Below the pieces are notes generated by a model, which saw only the letters and a program-made list of their open reading frames with translations, had not been told where the DNA came from and made no database searches. The position numbers and the translations under genes are program-made. From sequence record OR620964.1: a stretch of DNA of 64,000 nucleotides; one strand, given 5' to 3'. This document shows, one piece after another, positions 34,702-44,181 of the stretch (within the stretch, counting starts at the first letter, position 1; every line of letters starts with the position of its first letter).

Positions 34702-35268
34702 TTAGTATAAATCAAGCTCTATTTGACTAAATACATAACTGTTTTCAGTCAATGTACCCTGATTGCCTGAGATCGATATAGGCTGACCCATGTTCTTAAT
34801 ATCCTGGGGCAAGACTTCTATCAGCATTGAATGCGCTGTTGTTGTTGACATTGTAGTCGTTGGGTAGAGTAGGAATAACGCAAAGTCAAATATTACTCCT
34901 GCCCAACCTGATCCTAAGAGTGTCGGCTGCATATCAAGATAGCGTCTATTACCTTCAAATACCATACGGCCAACGTTAGACCCAGAACCTACCGTAACCC
35001 AGACCTTAGTAACTGTTATTTCAGGTCTATTAGCTGATATAAATGTAAGAAGCTGTGCATATGTTGGCGTGGCGTTCAATGCGTGGAACTTAGCCCAATC
35101 ATCTTCTGTCAAGGTACCGCCCTTAAAGAATGCAGTTGCTACACTCATAGGGTCAGAGAAAGGTGACATGCCAGTATTAGAAGCATTCGTCAAAACTGGA
35201 TTGACAGGTACTGTGTAATATATAGAGTTACGGGTACGTGCCCGTCGAAATGCTTTTGAAATAATCAT
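34702..35268 (-). CDS. virion structural protein, divergent family A-like
   Basis: Size and position match the A partner; ATG 35268 overlaps the 35265 stop. Confidence 0.65.
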   Translation of the reverse strand: MIISKAFRRARTRNSIYYTVPVNPVLTNASNTGMSPFSDPMSVATAFFKGGTLTEDDWAKFHALNATPTYAQLLTFISANRPEITVTKVWVTVGSGSNVGRMVFEGNRRYLDMQPTLLGSGWAGVIFDFALFLLYPTTTMSTTTAHSMLIEVLPQDIKNMGQPISISGNQGTLTENSYVFSQIELDLY

Positions 35269-36164
35269 ACAGATCTCCAATTATCAAAGCGAATCTTCGG
35301 ACAGTACATTGTATTCTGTACGTTTGCCTTGATGGGAGGAAGGATAACAAACGGGCCTGCTGCCTCGCACTTCTCTGCTATCCAAGGAATGTTATCACTA
35401 AATGCTGTATCGCCAACACCGATAGTATTGCCTGGTGCAAATACAACCCAACCTGGCTGCTCTAACGTATCACTTGTAGCCTGAGTAGTATCGGACAGCA
35501 GCAAGAACGTAGAGAACATTGTACTGGCGTCAAACTTAAGGCGGAATCGTTTGGATGTGAGGGGATTAGCTAACTTCCATACAGAACTATCAGCGGCCAA
35601 TACGGTAAGCGTACCACTAGACGACTCAACACCAGTATCAGACACAGCAAATAGTGTTGTCGGTACGGTTGATGTAGATAAGAATCGCTTAACGTGGGTT
35701 AGCTTGACTTCACTATCGAAAACAAAGTCGAATGTATTTCTGACTAATGGAGACACACCTAACGGAGATATAACCGCGGTACTTACCATTGGAGTTATAT
35801 CACGCTTGGTGACATCCGTCTCAACAATTGAGTGTGGCTGTAGTTGCGTATACGAGATACCACCAATTGTACCAAAGTAAGATACACCCTTTGGCGTATA
35901 GTTTGAGATTGGTGCCAGATTTAAGTTTACGGATTTACTGATACTGAGCACAGGTGACTTAACAATGCCTAGACTCTTATTGTACAGGTCAGCAAGTGAC
36001 TTTGTATTAAAGCGAGTGTTGACCGCTGTTTCATCAGCAGGTAAAGATCCCGGCATAGCAAAGATAGTCCAGCCACCACCAGAGTAAGGCTGAATGTAAT
36101 TAGCGCTCTGGGAAGAAGCTCCATAGATAACCTGTGCTTGAATATGACTATTAATAAATTTCAT
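35265..36164 (-). CDS. virion structural protein, paralogue family B
   Basis: IFAMPGSLP, LADLYN, FDFVFDSEV. Confidence 0.7.
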   Translation of the reverse strand: MKFINSHIQAQVIYGASSQSANYIQPYSGGGWTIFAMPGSLPADETAVNTRFNTKSLADLYNKSLGIVKSPVLSISKSVNLNLAPISNYTPKGVSYFGTIGGISYTQLQPHSIVETDVTKRDITPMVSTAVISPLGVSPLVRNTFDFVFDSEVKLTHVKRFLSTSTVPTTLFAVSDTGVESSSGTLTVLAADSSVWKLANPLTSKRFRLKFDASTMFSTFLLLSDTTQATSDTLEQPGWVVFAPGNTIGVGDTAFSDNIPWIAEKCEAAGPFVILPPIKANVQNTMYCPKIRFDNWRSV

Positions 36165-36169
36165 TATGG

Positions 36170-36562
36170 TTATCCTATGAACGGTGCCGCAGGCGGATAT
36201 TGATCTGATGGCGTACTCAAATCAAACGCAGTAGCATTAATTGTCACTATCGGATTATCCTGTGCTGGATACATTGCCGTAGGAGTTAAGGCAGTAGCAA
36301 CAGCAGTTATGATACCATAGGTAGGAGTCATTACAGGAGAGATAGGGAAGTTCAATGTACGTGTAACAAACGCCGCACGGATATTTGGATTAGATACGCC
36401 ATAAGTTGAATAAGTTTTATTCACACCCTGTGGCTTGAATAACATCCAAGATGGTGGCGCTGCCACATACGTAGAATGTGTACGATCCATTTGCTGCTCA
36501 GAGAACACCAGAGTATTAGATTTGAAGTAGTCTGGGTCGTAAGCGAATACCTGAACAATCAT
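36170..36562 (-). CDS. putative virion protein
   Basis: 130-aa ORF coupled within the array. Confidence 0.65.
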   Translation of the reverse strand: MIVQVFAYDPDYFKSNTLVFSEQQMDRTHSTYVAAPPSWMLFKPQGVNKTYSTYGVSNPNIRAAFVTRTLNFPISPVMTPTYGIITAVATALTPTAMYPAQDNPIVTINATAFDLSTPSDQYPPAAPFIG

Positions 36563-37011
36563 ATTAAGCCTCCAAGACTAATAGAGAATGGAGGAATATA
36601 TACAACAGACCCCTCGGTCGTGATATCAACCTGAGTAGATGACTCTGGATACAGGACAGATACATCCCCTCCAATAGACATCACTACAGGAACGATTCCA
36701 CCAAGTACTAGGTGCGTTGGTCGTCCCTCGGCAGAACACACGATGTTGGTTGTACTGAACGTTATTGTTTCACCTACTATCTGGCGTGTCATTGTTGTAG
36801 CTTCACCCAAGATAGTACAGATGCCGCTTATTTTTGTTTTATCGAATGCATAACCAGCGCCAGTCGTATGGATAGATAAGCACTTAGATAAATCTTTCTC
36901 AGCCGCACCAGCAGACAACGATAGCAGATACGCATTCTTACTATCATAGGTAGTGGAGTTAAACAGAGTAGTAAGCTGAGGTAGCACGGATATTTTATAT
37001 AGCTTGAACAT
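36559..37011 (-). CDS. virion structural protein, divergent family A
   Basis: AEGRPTHLVL matches the G.P..FVL motif of family A. Confidence 0.65.
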   Translation of the reverse strand: MFKLYKISVLPQLTTLFNSTTYDSKNAYLLSLSAGAAEKDLSKCLSIHTTGAGYAFDKTKISGICTILGEATTMTRQIVGETITFSTTNIVCSAEGRPTHLVLGGIVPVVMSIGGDVSVLYPESSTQVDITTEGSVVYIPPFSISLGGLI

Positions 37012-37946
37012 TATACCGCCTCCGTACCTGTAAGAATGTTCTGGATAGCTGGATACTCACCTGTAGATATCGAGGTAGATTCCAGTTGGATAAATGCATT
37101 TGACCCAGGGCCACCAACATCACACGCAAATATACGACAGTCACGCGATCCAGAAGCCGTAAGATTCATGCCTGTATCTTGTATAAGAACAAGAGCATAT
37201 CCTAGCTGTACAGATCTGGCAGTTGTTGAGTGGTCACCTTGTGATGCCAAAGTAATACGTCTACCACTTATCTGACGCAGACGTATCACGCTGCCTGTAA
37301 TAGGTGTAGCAACAATAGCAGCATCGGCACCAGCCACTATACTTACAGGTGACTCTGCACCAGCACCTACACGAATAGCACCACCAGCAGTAGTAATAGA
37401 AGCAACTGGCTCTATTGCAGATACCGCATCTACAGTTATTGACTGGTCATAGGTTAAGTCAGCAACGCCTTGAGCTAACTGACTGCCACTACCAGATTCT
37501 GGATTGCCCAAGAACCTAAATGCAGGGTATGTAGTGCCAAATAGTGCTCGGTTACCAGCAGCAAGTGATGTTGTATAAGCATTAGTTATTGTCTGACTTG
37601 ACATACCAGTACCTGCACCTATATCACGCAGATCGGTAGACTTTGGATAGTGAAGTGTCAGGCCACGTTTGGCATTATACACAGATCCAGACAACGCCTT
37701 AACGCCATACGTACGGTTGATATCTAGCAGATGACCAGTTGCAGTAGGGCGCAGTGACAGAGAAACAACAGCCTCTGCATTATTCCACAGCATACGGTAA
37801 TCTAGTATTTCATCCGGTACAGTAGATGGAATAGATCCCTGAAAGAAGAATGCTACGGCATTAAACTCAACCGAGGGACTACTCGCCCAGCTACTTGGCA
37901 TATGTGGGATGGATAAAGGTAGACAGTTGTGTCCTAAGATGCGCAT
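37011..37946 (-). CDS. virion structural protein, paralogue family B
   Basis: FFFQGSIPSTVPD..LWNN, LHYPKS, LTYDQSI. Confidence 0.7.
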   Translation of the reverse strand: MRILGHNCLPLSIPHMPSSWASSPSVEFNAVAFFFQGSIPSTVPDEILDYRMLWNNAEAVVSLSLRPTATGHLLDINRTYGVKALSGSVYNAKRGLTLHYPKSTDLRDIGAGTGMSSQTITNAYTTSLAAGNRALFGTTYPAFRFLGNPESGSGSQLAQGVADLTYDQSITVDAVSAIEPVASITTAGGAIRVGAGAESPVSIVAGADAAIVATPITGSVIRLRQISGRRITLASQGDHSTTARSVQLGYALVLIQDTGMNLTASGSRDCRIFACDVGGPGSNAFIQLESTSISTGEYPAIQNILTGTEAV

Positions 37947-38440
37947 TAGAACTCCTTAGAGAGTTTATTTACTATGGCTGTAAACTGCCCATTCTTAAGG
38001 CAAGCAGGAGACAACTTAAGATCCGCTGAGGATGCCGTATCGCCAATAGTAAGTACAAGGAACCCACCGTATGGTGTTGCAGCAATACTCTTATTGAAGA
38101 TGATTACGTTATACGTAGACAGAAGCGTCGCAAGGTCTTGTGCATACGCGCAGGTCAACGTTGCTTGTATTCTGAACTTCAACTTATTGCCTGGCGCATT
38201 TTCCCAGCGTATGGGTATGCTATACAGTGGAGTTAGATCAAGGGAAGCAGTAGCACCTAGCGCAGCAATCTCTGTTCCTGTGCCAACAATAATATTGTTT
38301 GGATCTGGTACTTTTGCAAAACACACAGTCTTAGCCATCTGGTTAAGTCCATACTCTAATGGAGCTTCCGCTGCAGGTCTCTTGCCTTCTTCTGGAATGA
38401 CAATACCTGTATTGACCGGGTTGAGCGTAAGGATATTCAT
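37946..38440 (-). CDS. virion structural protein, family A-like
   Basis: LTIGDTASSADLKL; AGGAG RBS. Confidence 0.7.
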   Translation of the reverse strand: MNILTLNPVNTGIVIPEEGKRPAAEAPLEYGLNQMAKTVCFAKVPDPNNIIVGTGTEIAALGATASLDLTPLYSIPIRWENAPGNKLKFRIQATLTCAYAQDLATLLSTYNVIIFNKSIAATPYGGFLVLTIGDTASSADLKLSPACLKNGQFTAIVNKLSKEF

Positions 38441-38546
38441 CTTATTCTCCTGGTGTGTGACACAGTTAAATTATACTAGAACATGATTAGAAATTAGTTC
38501 TTACAGGATAGGTCACTATAAGAAACGCCTTCCTTGGCATATTACA

Positions 38547-39122
38547 TTAACTAATCAGTCGCCCAGCTATGGTCACAGCAATGTTTGTAATAGTCGTATC
38601 CACAGTTGAGGGTGCAAATACTTTCAACTGGTCACCTGCGATAAGAACAATATCTACGTTAGGCGTGACTGCCACAAACGTTGCAACTCTCTGGCCAGCA
38701 GCAAACGTGAAGTTACCTATTGTAGATAGAGTGCCTGTATCACCATTCACTATTTTTACAGCAAAGGTAGTGTTAGCAGCAGGCACAACGTCACACATAC
38801 CAGAAGAACCTTCAAAGTTCTTGTGGATGATTGTACTGCGCACTGACAGGTAACGTGCTACCTCTGCATCTGCTGCATAGCGTCGCAGCATAGATAGGCC
38901 AACATCATACGGCTGGAAGTCTACCAATTGGAGAACCCATGATGTACGTGCAGTTGAATAAACGTATGTACCAATCTGGTTCTGGCCAACAACAGCAGTT
39001 AGTTGCCAAAGTTGACCGTTAGTTGGATCGGATGGAAATGTAGGGCCTGACACGCTAGGGTCACCAGCAGCGCGTGATATATTGGCATCAGGGCCAACTA
39101 ACTTTATGCCGTAAGAGAACAT
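38547..39122 (-). CDS. fibre-associated virion protein
   Basis: GPTFPSDPTNGQLW...YVY....W motif typical of phage fibre proteins; GAGG RBS. Confidence 0.7.
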   Translation of the reverse strand: MFSYGIKLVGPDANISRAAGDPSVSGPTFPSDPTNGQLWQLTAVVGQNQIGTYVYSTARTSWVLQLVDFQPYDVGLSMLRRYAADAEVARYLSVRSTIIHKNFEGSSGMCDVVPAANTTFAVKIVNGDTGTLSTIGNFTFAAGQRVATFVAVTPNVDIVLIAGDQLKVFAPSTVDTTITNIAVTIAGRLIS

Positions 39123-39178
39123 AGGAATTTCCTCAATGAATATGGTGGAATCTGGTGTTATGCAAAGATCAATTGTTA

Positions 39179-39403
39179 TCAGGCGATACGTGCTTCGCCA
39201 CTAACTGCAAAAGGAAATAAGATCTGAACATTATTGTCGTCTACGATGATGATATCAAGAGGCATAACTTGGTGTAGCTTACCATCAGCCTGTGTAACAC
39301 AAACAGATACGGCAACTGGACGGTTGTTATTATGTGCTATGTTCCATGTTGCAGCCGGTTCCGTTTGCTTATAGCTTTTCCCTGTAGATGGGTAAATGAT
39401 CAT
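39179..39403 (-). CDS. single-module fibre-associated protein (W.I.HN module)
   Basis: TWNIAHNNNRPVAVSV...DDNNVQILF. Confidence 0.7.
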   Translation of the reverse strand: MIIYPSTGKSYKQTEPAATWNIAHNNNRPVAVSVCVTQADGKLHQVMPLDIIIVDDNNVQILFPFAVSGEARIA

Positions 39404-39414
39404 GGAGCCTCCGA

Positions 39415-40014
39415 TTAGTACAGAATCACAGTGCCGGACTGAGGACTGCTAAACGTGATAGTTAGCTGGCTTGTACTGTCATGCACGATAGACTGAGGCT
39501 GAACAAGAACATTACCTTGATACACGTTAACAGCAGGGTTATAACCTAAGTTATGCACAACAACCCAAGAAGATAATGAAGTGAACGACTCAGTAAAGGC
39601 AACAGTTTGATGAGGCAATCCATTTTCGATACCAACGAGAACAACAGCAGCACCAGCAAGAGATTCAGAGAGAAGAATAATAACCGTGTTAGAGTCTTCT
39701 ACCTTGATGCTAGTTGGGATGATTACTTCGCCTGTGCTATCGTAGACTTGGACCATAGGAGTGCCGTAGTTAATGTTATGCTTAACTTCCCAACGGCTTG
39801 ACGCGGAGGTTTGGTGATGGGTATACATAGTCATTTGCTGTGTGAGTGGAACCCACATAGGTAGGCCATCTTCTGTGCTTACGCAGAGCATAAGACGCTT
39901 ATCAATAAATATTGTCGTGCCAGGCTTCGGAGTCGCCGGATACTCGGTAGCTGTGCTGAAACTAAAGTTAGATAGTCCACCAGCAGCTAAGTCTAAAATA
40001 CCAAAAACTTTCAT
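39415..40014 (-). CDS. fibre-associated protein with two W.V.HN modules
   Basis: RWEVKHNINY..PMVQVYD and SWVVVHNLGYNPAVNVY; ATG 40014 behind GGAG. Confidence 0.75.
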   Translation of the reverse strand: MKVFGILDLAAGGLSNFSFSTATEYPATPKPGTTIFIDKRLMLCVSTEDGLPMWVPLTQQMTMYTHHQTSASSRWEVKHNINYGTPMVQVYDSTGEVIIPTSIKVEDSNTVIILLSESLAGAAVVLVGIENGLPHQTVAFTESFTSLSSWVVVHNLGYNPAVNVYQGNVLVQPQSIVHDSTSQLTITFSSPQSGTVILY

Positions 40015-40033
40015 AGAAATTCTCCGTAGAAGT

Positions 40034-40064
40034 AAAAATGGGGCGGACAATTAAGCCCACCCCA
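40034..40064 (-). terminator. intrinsic terminator
   Basis: Minus strand TGGGGTGGGC-TTAATT-GTCCGCCCCATTTTT after the 40082 stop. Confidence 0.8.
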
Positions 40065-40081
40065 CGGTTCACCTTTTCTGA

Positions 40082-41602
40082 TTATACCGCAGCTGGGTCT
40101 GTTACGAACACAATTGCCAATTTCTTAGCGGCAGTGATCTCAACGCGCAGGCTGTTTGCGTCAACCAGAACGACTTCATCTGGAATTACTTGATATCCAG
40201 TGTCGTCATACACAGTGACAGTACCAAACTTGGTACCTGCATTATGCGTGAACAGGAAGGTAGTTGCAGCGGCTTCGGCTGTTTGGTCATAGATATAGGT
40301 CTTCGCAGTACCTGTACCGCCACCACCAGCAGTAATAGCATCATCAACATATTTCTTACTAACAACAGAAGCATCGACCAGAGGATCTTCTCCAGTAAGA
40401 GTCAGTGCTGCAACAGAGCCACCTGTAGTATCGATAAAGCCCGCAGTCTTAACAGCAGCGAAATCAACTTGTAACGTAGAGGTAGTAGCATCTTTCTTCA
40501 AGCCAGTACCAATAGCGGCGGTGTCAATCTTACCGTAAGTCACACCTCCATCAGCGATAGACAGACCAGCAGTTGCACGACCAAGAGAAGAACCATCCAG
40601 TTTAACACGCAGTTCATTGCTGCCGTTAACTTCAACAGCACCAGCAGTATCAACTTGAACAGACAGCTCATTGCCGCTAAGAACCAAGCCTACGCCAGCA
40701 GTAACAGAAGCCATACCACCAAAAGTAGACCACACGGTACCGTCAAAACGAACGTACTGATCAGTTGCAGCGTTCCATGCGATAGCACCTTCTGCGCGTG
40801 GTGCAGAAGGGCTGAATACTACTTGGAATTCAGTACCATCATACTCAACGATGCAGTTATCTGCTACGCCAGCAATAGTACCAAAGCCAGCGTTCAGGTT
40901 AGCTGTATCAGTCAGGACATAGCGATTGCCTGTGACAGCAACTGGAACCAGTGTGTTATCGATCTGGACAGCGTTAACATCTTCCTGCCAGTTAAGGCCA
41001 GCCAGCGCATTTTCAATATCAATCTTACGCGCAGCATCAGTCCCGACAGTAGGAGCACCCAAGTTAGTGATTTTGAATGCGCCTGCATCAAGAGCAGACA
41101 GCAGAGAACCACCGTTGGCATTCAGTTTAGAATCTAATTGAGTCTGAACGGAAGAAGTAACACCATCCAAATAACCCAATTCAGTAGCAGTAACAGTAGT
41201 AGAACCAACAACTGTATTGCCTGGGCCTGCAACAAGCACAGCACCATCTGTCAAGCCAGTCAGCTTATCTTGTTTTTCTCCAATCAGAGATTGAGCATAT
41301 GCTTTAGAGATAGCAGCCGCATCAGCAGATTCGCCTTGGTCTGTACTAGACAGAACAAGATCAGCAGTCATTGCAACAGTGCCATCAGCCTTAATCAGAC
41401 CTTCTGGCAGAACAGCATCACCACCCAGAACTTTGATCGCAGTACCATCAAAGTATTTATAAGCAGCATCAGTTGAGTTATACCAGAATACAGCAGTCTG
41501 GCCGGCAACCAACGTCCCCACTGTAGGGTCTGTTACCAGAACCTCAGGACGGAAGTTAGTAACCTGAGAGCCTAATAGCAGTTGTAAGGAACCTGTACGC
41601 AT
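40082..41602 (-). CDS. tail/hair fibre protein
   Basis: Gly/Ala/Thr-rich; DAARKIDI and SKKYVD fibre motifs; C-terminal F.HN.G module. Confidence 0.8.
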   Translation of the reverse strand: MRTGSLQLLLGSQVTNFRPEVLVTDPTVGTLVAGQTAVFWYNSTDAAYKYFDGTAIKVLGGDAVLPEGLIKADGTVAMTADLVLSSTDQGESADAAAISKAYAQSLIGEKQDKLTGLTDGAVLVAGPGNTVVGSTTVTATELGYLDGVTSSVQTQLDSKLNANGGSLLSALDAGAFKITNLGAPTVGTDAARKIDIENALAGLNWQEDVNAVQIDNTLVPVAVTGNRYVLTDTANLNAGFGTIAGVADNCIVEYDGTEFQVVFSPSAPRAEGAIAWNAATDQYVRFDGTVWSTFGGMASVTAGVGLVLSGNELSVQVDTAGAVEVNGSNELRVKLDGSSLGRATAGLSIADGGVTYGKIDTAAIGTGLKKDATTSTLQVDFAAVKTAGFIDTTGGSVAALTLTGEDPLVDASVVSKKYVDDAITAGGGGTGTAKTYIYDQTAEAAATTFLFTHNAGTKFGTVTVYDDTGYQVIPDEVVLVDANSLRVEITAAKKLAIVFVTDPAAV

Positions 41603-41623
41603 TTTATATCTCCTAGGTAGGTA

Positions 41624-42370
41624 TTAATAGAACTGAATATCGAATGAATCCAAACACGAACGTAGTGATTGGTACGCGACATTTCGTTCCGCAGTTAACG
41701 ATATGTACTTTTCATCGAGTGTTTGTTTGACTCGAATCTTTACATCTTGATACGGAGCTAACAGACCATGCTGCTTGTATGCATCGAAGCGAACTACAGG
41801 GCTACATGTTTCTGTTAACTCCATGATGTTTAGGTCTATCTTATCTGTGTAGATGAAAGGACGGTCACGCTTAACTATGAGATAATCCACCTCATGCAAG
41901 TTAAAGAGTGTGTAATTCATATACCCAATAACAAAGTCTGCTATTAGCCTGAACGACTCACTCATATCGGAACGAAAGAGTTTGTTGAGTACACGACTCA
42001 CATCAGGCAACAGCCGTTCCCTCATGTCAATCCAGACAGAGCTAAACTCGGCGCTGAAATCATTTGGGTTTTCGAGCATAATCTTATGAACGAGTCGCTC
42101 CATTTGGGCAAAACTTTCAATGATATGTTCACTGCTTTCCCTATCCGTGACACCATGACCTGATCGAATAAACGAACGCTCCACAAGCATTAGCCAATCC
42201 GTAGCTGACGCAAAATACTGTAGTAGTGTTTCCCTGGCTTGTGGTGTAAAGTCATGTCTATCACCATCGAGCAGTTGGCTTAACATGAATGCCTTTGCTT
42301 TATAGAACTCCGCATATCGCTCGGCTGTGAATCTGCGGAACCCTATGTTGTTCCTCAAATAGCCTGTCAT
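41624..42370 (-). CDS. hypothetical protein
   Basis: 248-aa ORF, ATGA overlap. Confidence 0.75.
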   Translation of the reverse strand: MTGYLRNNIGFRRFTAERYAEFYKAKAFMLSQLLDGDRHDFTPQARETLLQYFASATDWLMLVERSFIRSGHGVTDRESSEHIIESFAQMERLVHKIMLENPNDFSAEFSSVWIDMRERLLPDVSRVLNKLFRSDMSESFRLIADFVIGYMNYTLFNLHEVDYLIVKRDRPFIYTDKIDLNIMELTETCSPVVRFDAYKQHGLLAPYQDVKIRVKQTLDEKYISLTAERNVAYQSLRSCLDSFDIQFY

Positions 42371-42855
42371 TGCAACTCCCTCAAGTCGCTAAAGTTCTCT
42401 CTATCACGAGAACCTGTTGATGAATACACGGCACTGGAAAGGCTTTGGACTCTCTGCTTAACGGCCGATATTTCAAGGCACATTTCTTGAATAGCCAAAC
42501 GCATTTCCGAAATAACTTCGGTTGCATTTTGGTTGTCTCTGCTTGCTTGTGCCAGTGACCGTTCAAACCGCTGCATCCCTTTGTACAGAGAATCTAGACT
42601 TTCTTTAAGATCAAGACTGTCTACAGGGGCATTCTCTGCCAGTAGTTCTACCGCGCGCTTTATTTCAGACAAATCGGAAAGTGTCTGATCCGTTTGGAAG
42701 GAACCTTCCTCTTCTTTCTTTTTCAGTTCTTTATAGTGATCCATCTGTGGCAGGACTTTAAACCAATAGAACAGACCGCCAGCAAGTACAGCAAAAACTG
42801 ATAAGGCAGTAGGAAAGTTTGACCCAAGTATTTGGCCTAAGATATCTAAAAACAT
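42367..42855 (-). CDS. membrane-anchored coiled-coil protein
   Basis: TM FPTALSVFAVLAGGLFYWF followed by heptad-rich helices. Confidence 0.75.
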   Translation of the reverse strand: MFLDILGQILGSNFPTALSVFAVLAGGLFYWFKVLPQMDHYKELKKKEEEGSFQTDQTLSDLSEIKRAVELLAENAPVDSLDLKESLDSLYKGMQRFERSLAQASRDNQNATEVISEMRLAIQEMCLEISAVKQRVQSLSSAVYSSTGSRDRENFSDLRELQ

Positions 42856-42858
42856 GGT

Positions 42859-43146
42859 TTAGTCCTTACAGGTGTTATCGTTCAACGTGATAACCATCCT
42901 ATGCGCTCCAGACTCGTTTACATCCGTTGTTTGGTAGATGTGCGCAATTCTCGGACCGAATTCTATACAGTTCTGTCCATACGTGCCATCATTGGTGCAG
43001 ATAGACGACAGACAACTTACCTCTTCTTTGAGGACTTGGTTTACTGGCGACGTATCTGAGTTCTGCAATGTGGTTAGTATGACACTAAGCAGCACGACTA
43101 CAAGAACTACAATTATTACTCGTCGGACAGTTTTGGTGTTCACCAC
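42859..43146 (-). CDS. small bitopic membrane protein with Cys-rich exported domain
   Basis: RRVIIVVLVVVLLSVILTTL TM; four Cys in the C-terminal part; GGAGG RBS. Confidence 0.7.
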   Translation of the reverse strand: MVNTKTVRRVIIVVLVVVLLSVILTTLQNSDTSPVNQVLKEEVSCLSSICTNDGTYGQNCIEFGPRIAHIYQTTDVNESGAHRMVITLNDNTCKD

Positions 43147-43212
43147 TGCTCACCTCCACTCTCATTAATGGTCTTAGTGAAATTAGTGATAAGCAGTGAT
43201 TGTGCAACAAAA

Positions 43213-44181
43213 CTACTGAGGCATTACACCAATGATATCGTTGAACATATTCTTGTATAGAATCGATGCATCGAGTTTCTTTAACCTCTCCGGGTTTAGG
43301 TACAGCTTGGGGATTACTTGGTCTATTTGAATCGTGTCATTCTCGATCCGTGCTCCAACTATCTGAGGCACAAGAACAATACTCAAGTTGGTATTTCCTT
43401 TCGCAAAAGCCATATCAATGTGCTTACTGTTCATGCGCAAGATATAACTATTGATTCTATCTTGATCTAATGTCTTCTTAAACTCGTCCTCTGTGATTGC
43501 CGTCAGTAACGATATAATCAGACCTTTACGCATACCACGAAGATCCGTTAACGTTCTTTTCAGGTCACCAAGAGACTGTATTCTAAAGCTATCAACGGAA
43601 TGCCCACGCTCACGCAGGCAATCACCGATGTTACGAGCCGTCTCACCATGCAGCGTATTCTCATCCCGCAGTATGTAGATAGGGCTATCATTCATATAAG
43701 AACGCTTCAACAAGTTATCAATCGCATCACACGTTGTTTGTTCGGACTTCTCCAAATTAACCAAGGTGCGAAACTTTGTATTGTATATTGCCTGTAGTTC
43801 AGGGGACATATATTTCAGATAGTCATCGTCAAGGCTAATGATTTGACTTGGCTGGACTTTCTTTATAGTACGTTCCATACTCTGCAAGGCTGTCTTATAT
43901 TCCGTATCCGATAACACTTTACTTATTGGCATATACTGCACAATGATGTACTTATCTGGCAGAGCATTTACGATACCACGAACTACAGCACTACCAAGAT
44001 AAGGCCCAGCATTATACTGGGTCAATATCATGATAGATCCTGCTATAGGCTTGTTCGTTAGATCGGGTCGCTTACCAGAGGCACATACATGAGGAATGCC
44101 AAACCAGAGACAGGCGCAGAGAAGGTAACTTCTAATACGTTTGTTGGATCTTCTGCCATCGGATTTACACTGTCCGGCCAT
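43213..44181 (-). CDS. periplasmic-binding-protein-like (ABC substrate-binding fold) secreted protein
   Basis: IMILTQYN..YLGSAVVRGI..AL....VQYM...IKKVQPSQIISLDDD resembles ABC_sub_bind/sensor domains; possible signal peptide in the segment overlapping the upstream gene (alternative ATG 44031). Confidence 0.55.
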   Translation of the reverse strand: MAGQCKSDGRRSNKRIRSYLLCACLWFGIPHVCASGKRPDLTNKPIAGSIMILTQYNAGPYLGSAVVRGIVNALPDKYIIVQYMPISKVLSDTEYKTALQSMERTIKKVQPSQIISLDDDYLKYMSPELQAIYNTKFRTLVNLEKSEQTTCDAIDNLLKRSYMNDSPIYILRDENTLHGETARNIGDCLRERGHSVDSFRIQSLGDLKRTLTDLRGMRKGLIISLLTAITEDEFKKTLDQDRINSYILRMNSKHIDMAFAKGNTNLSIVLVPQIVGARIENDTIQIDQVIPKLYLNPERLKKLDASILYKNMFNDIIGVMPQ

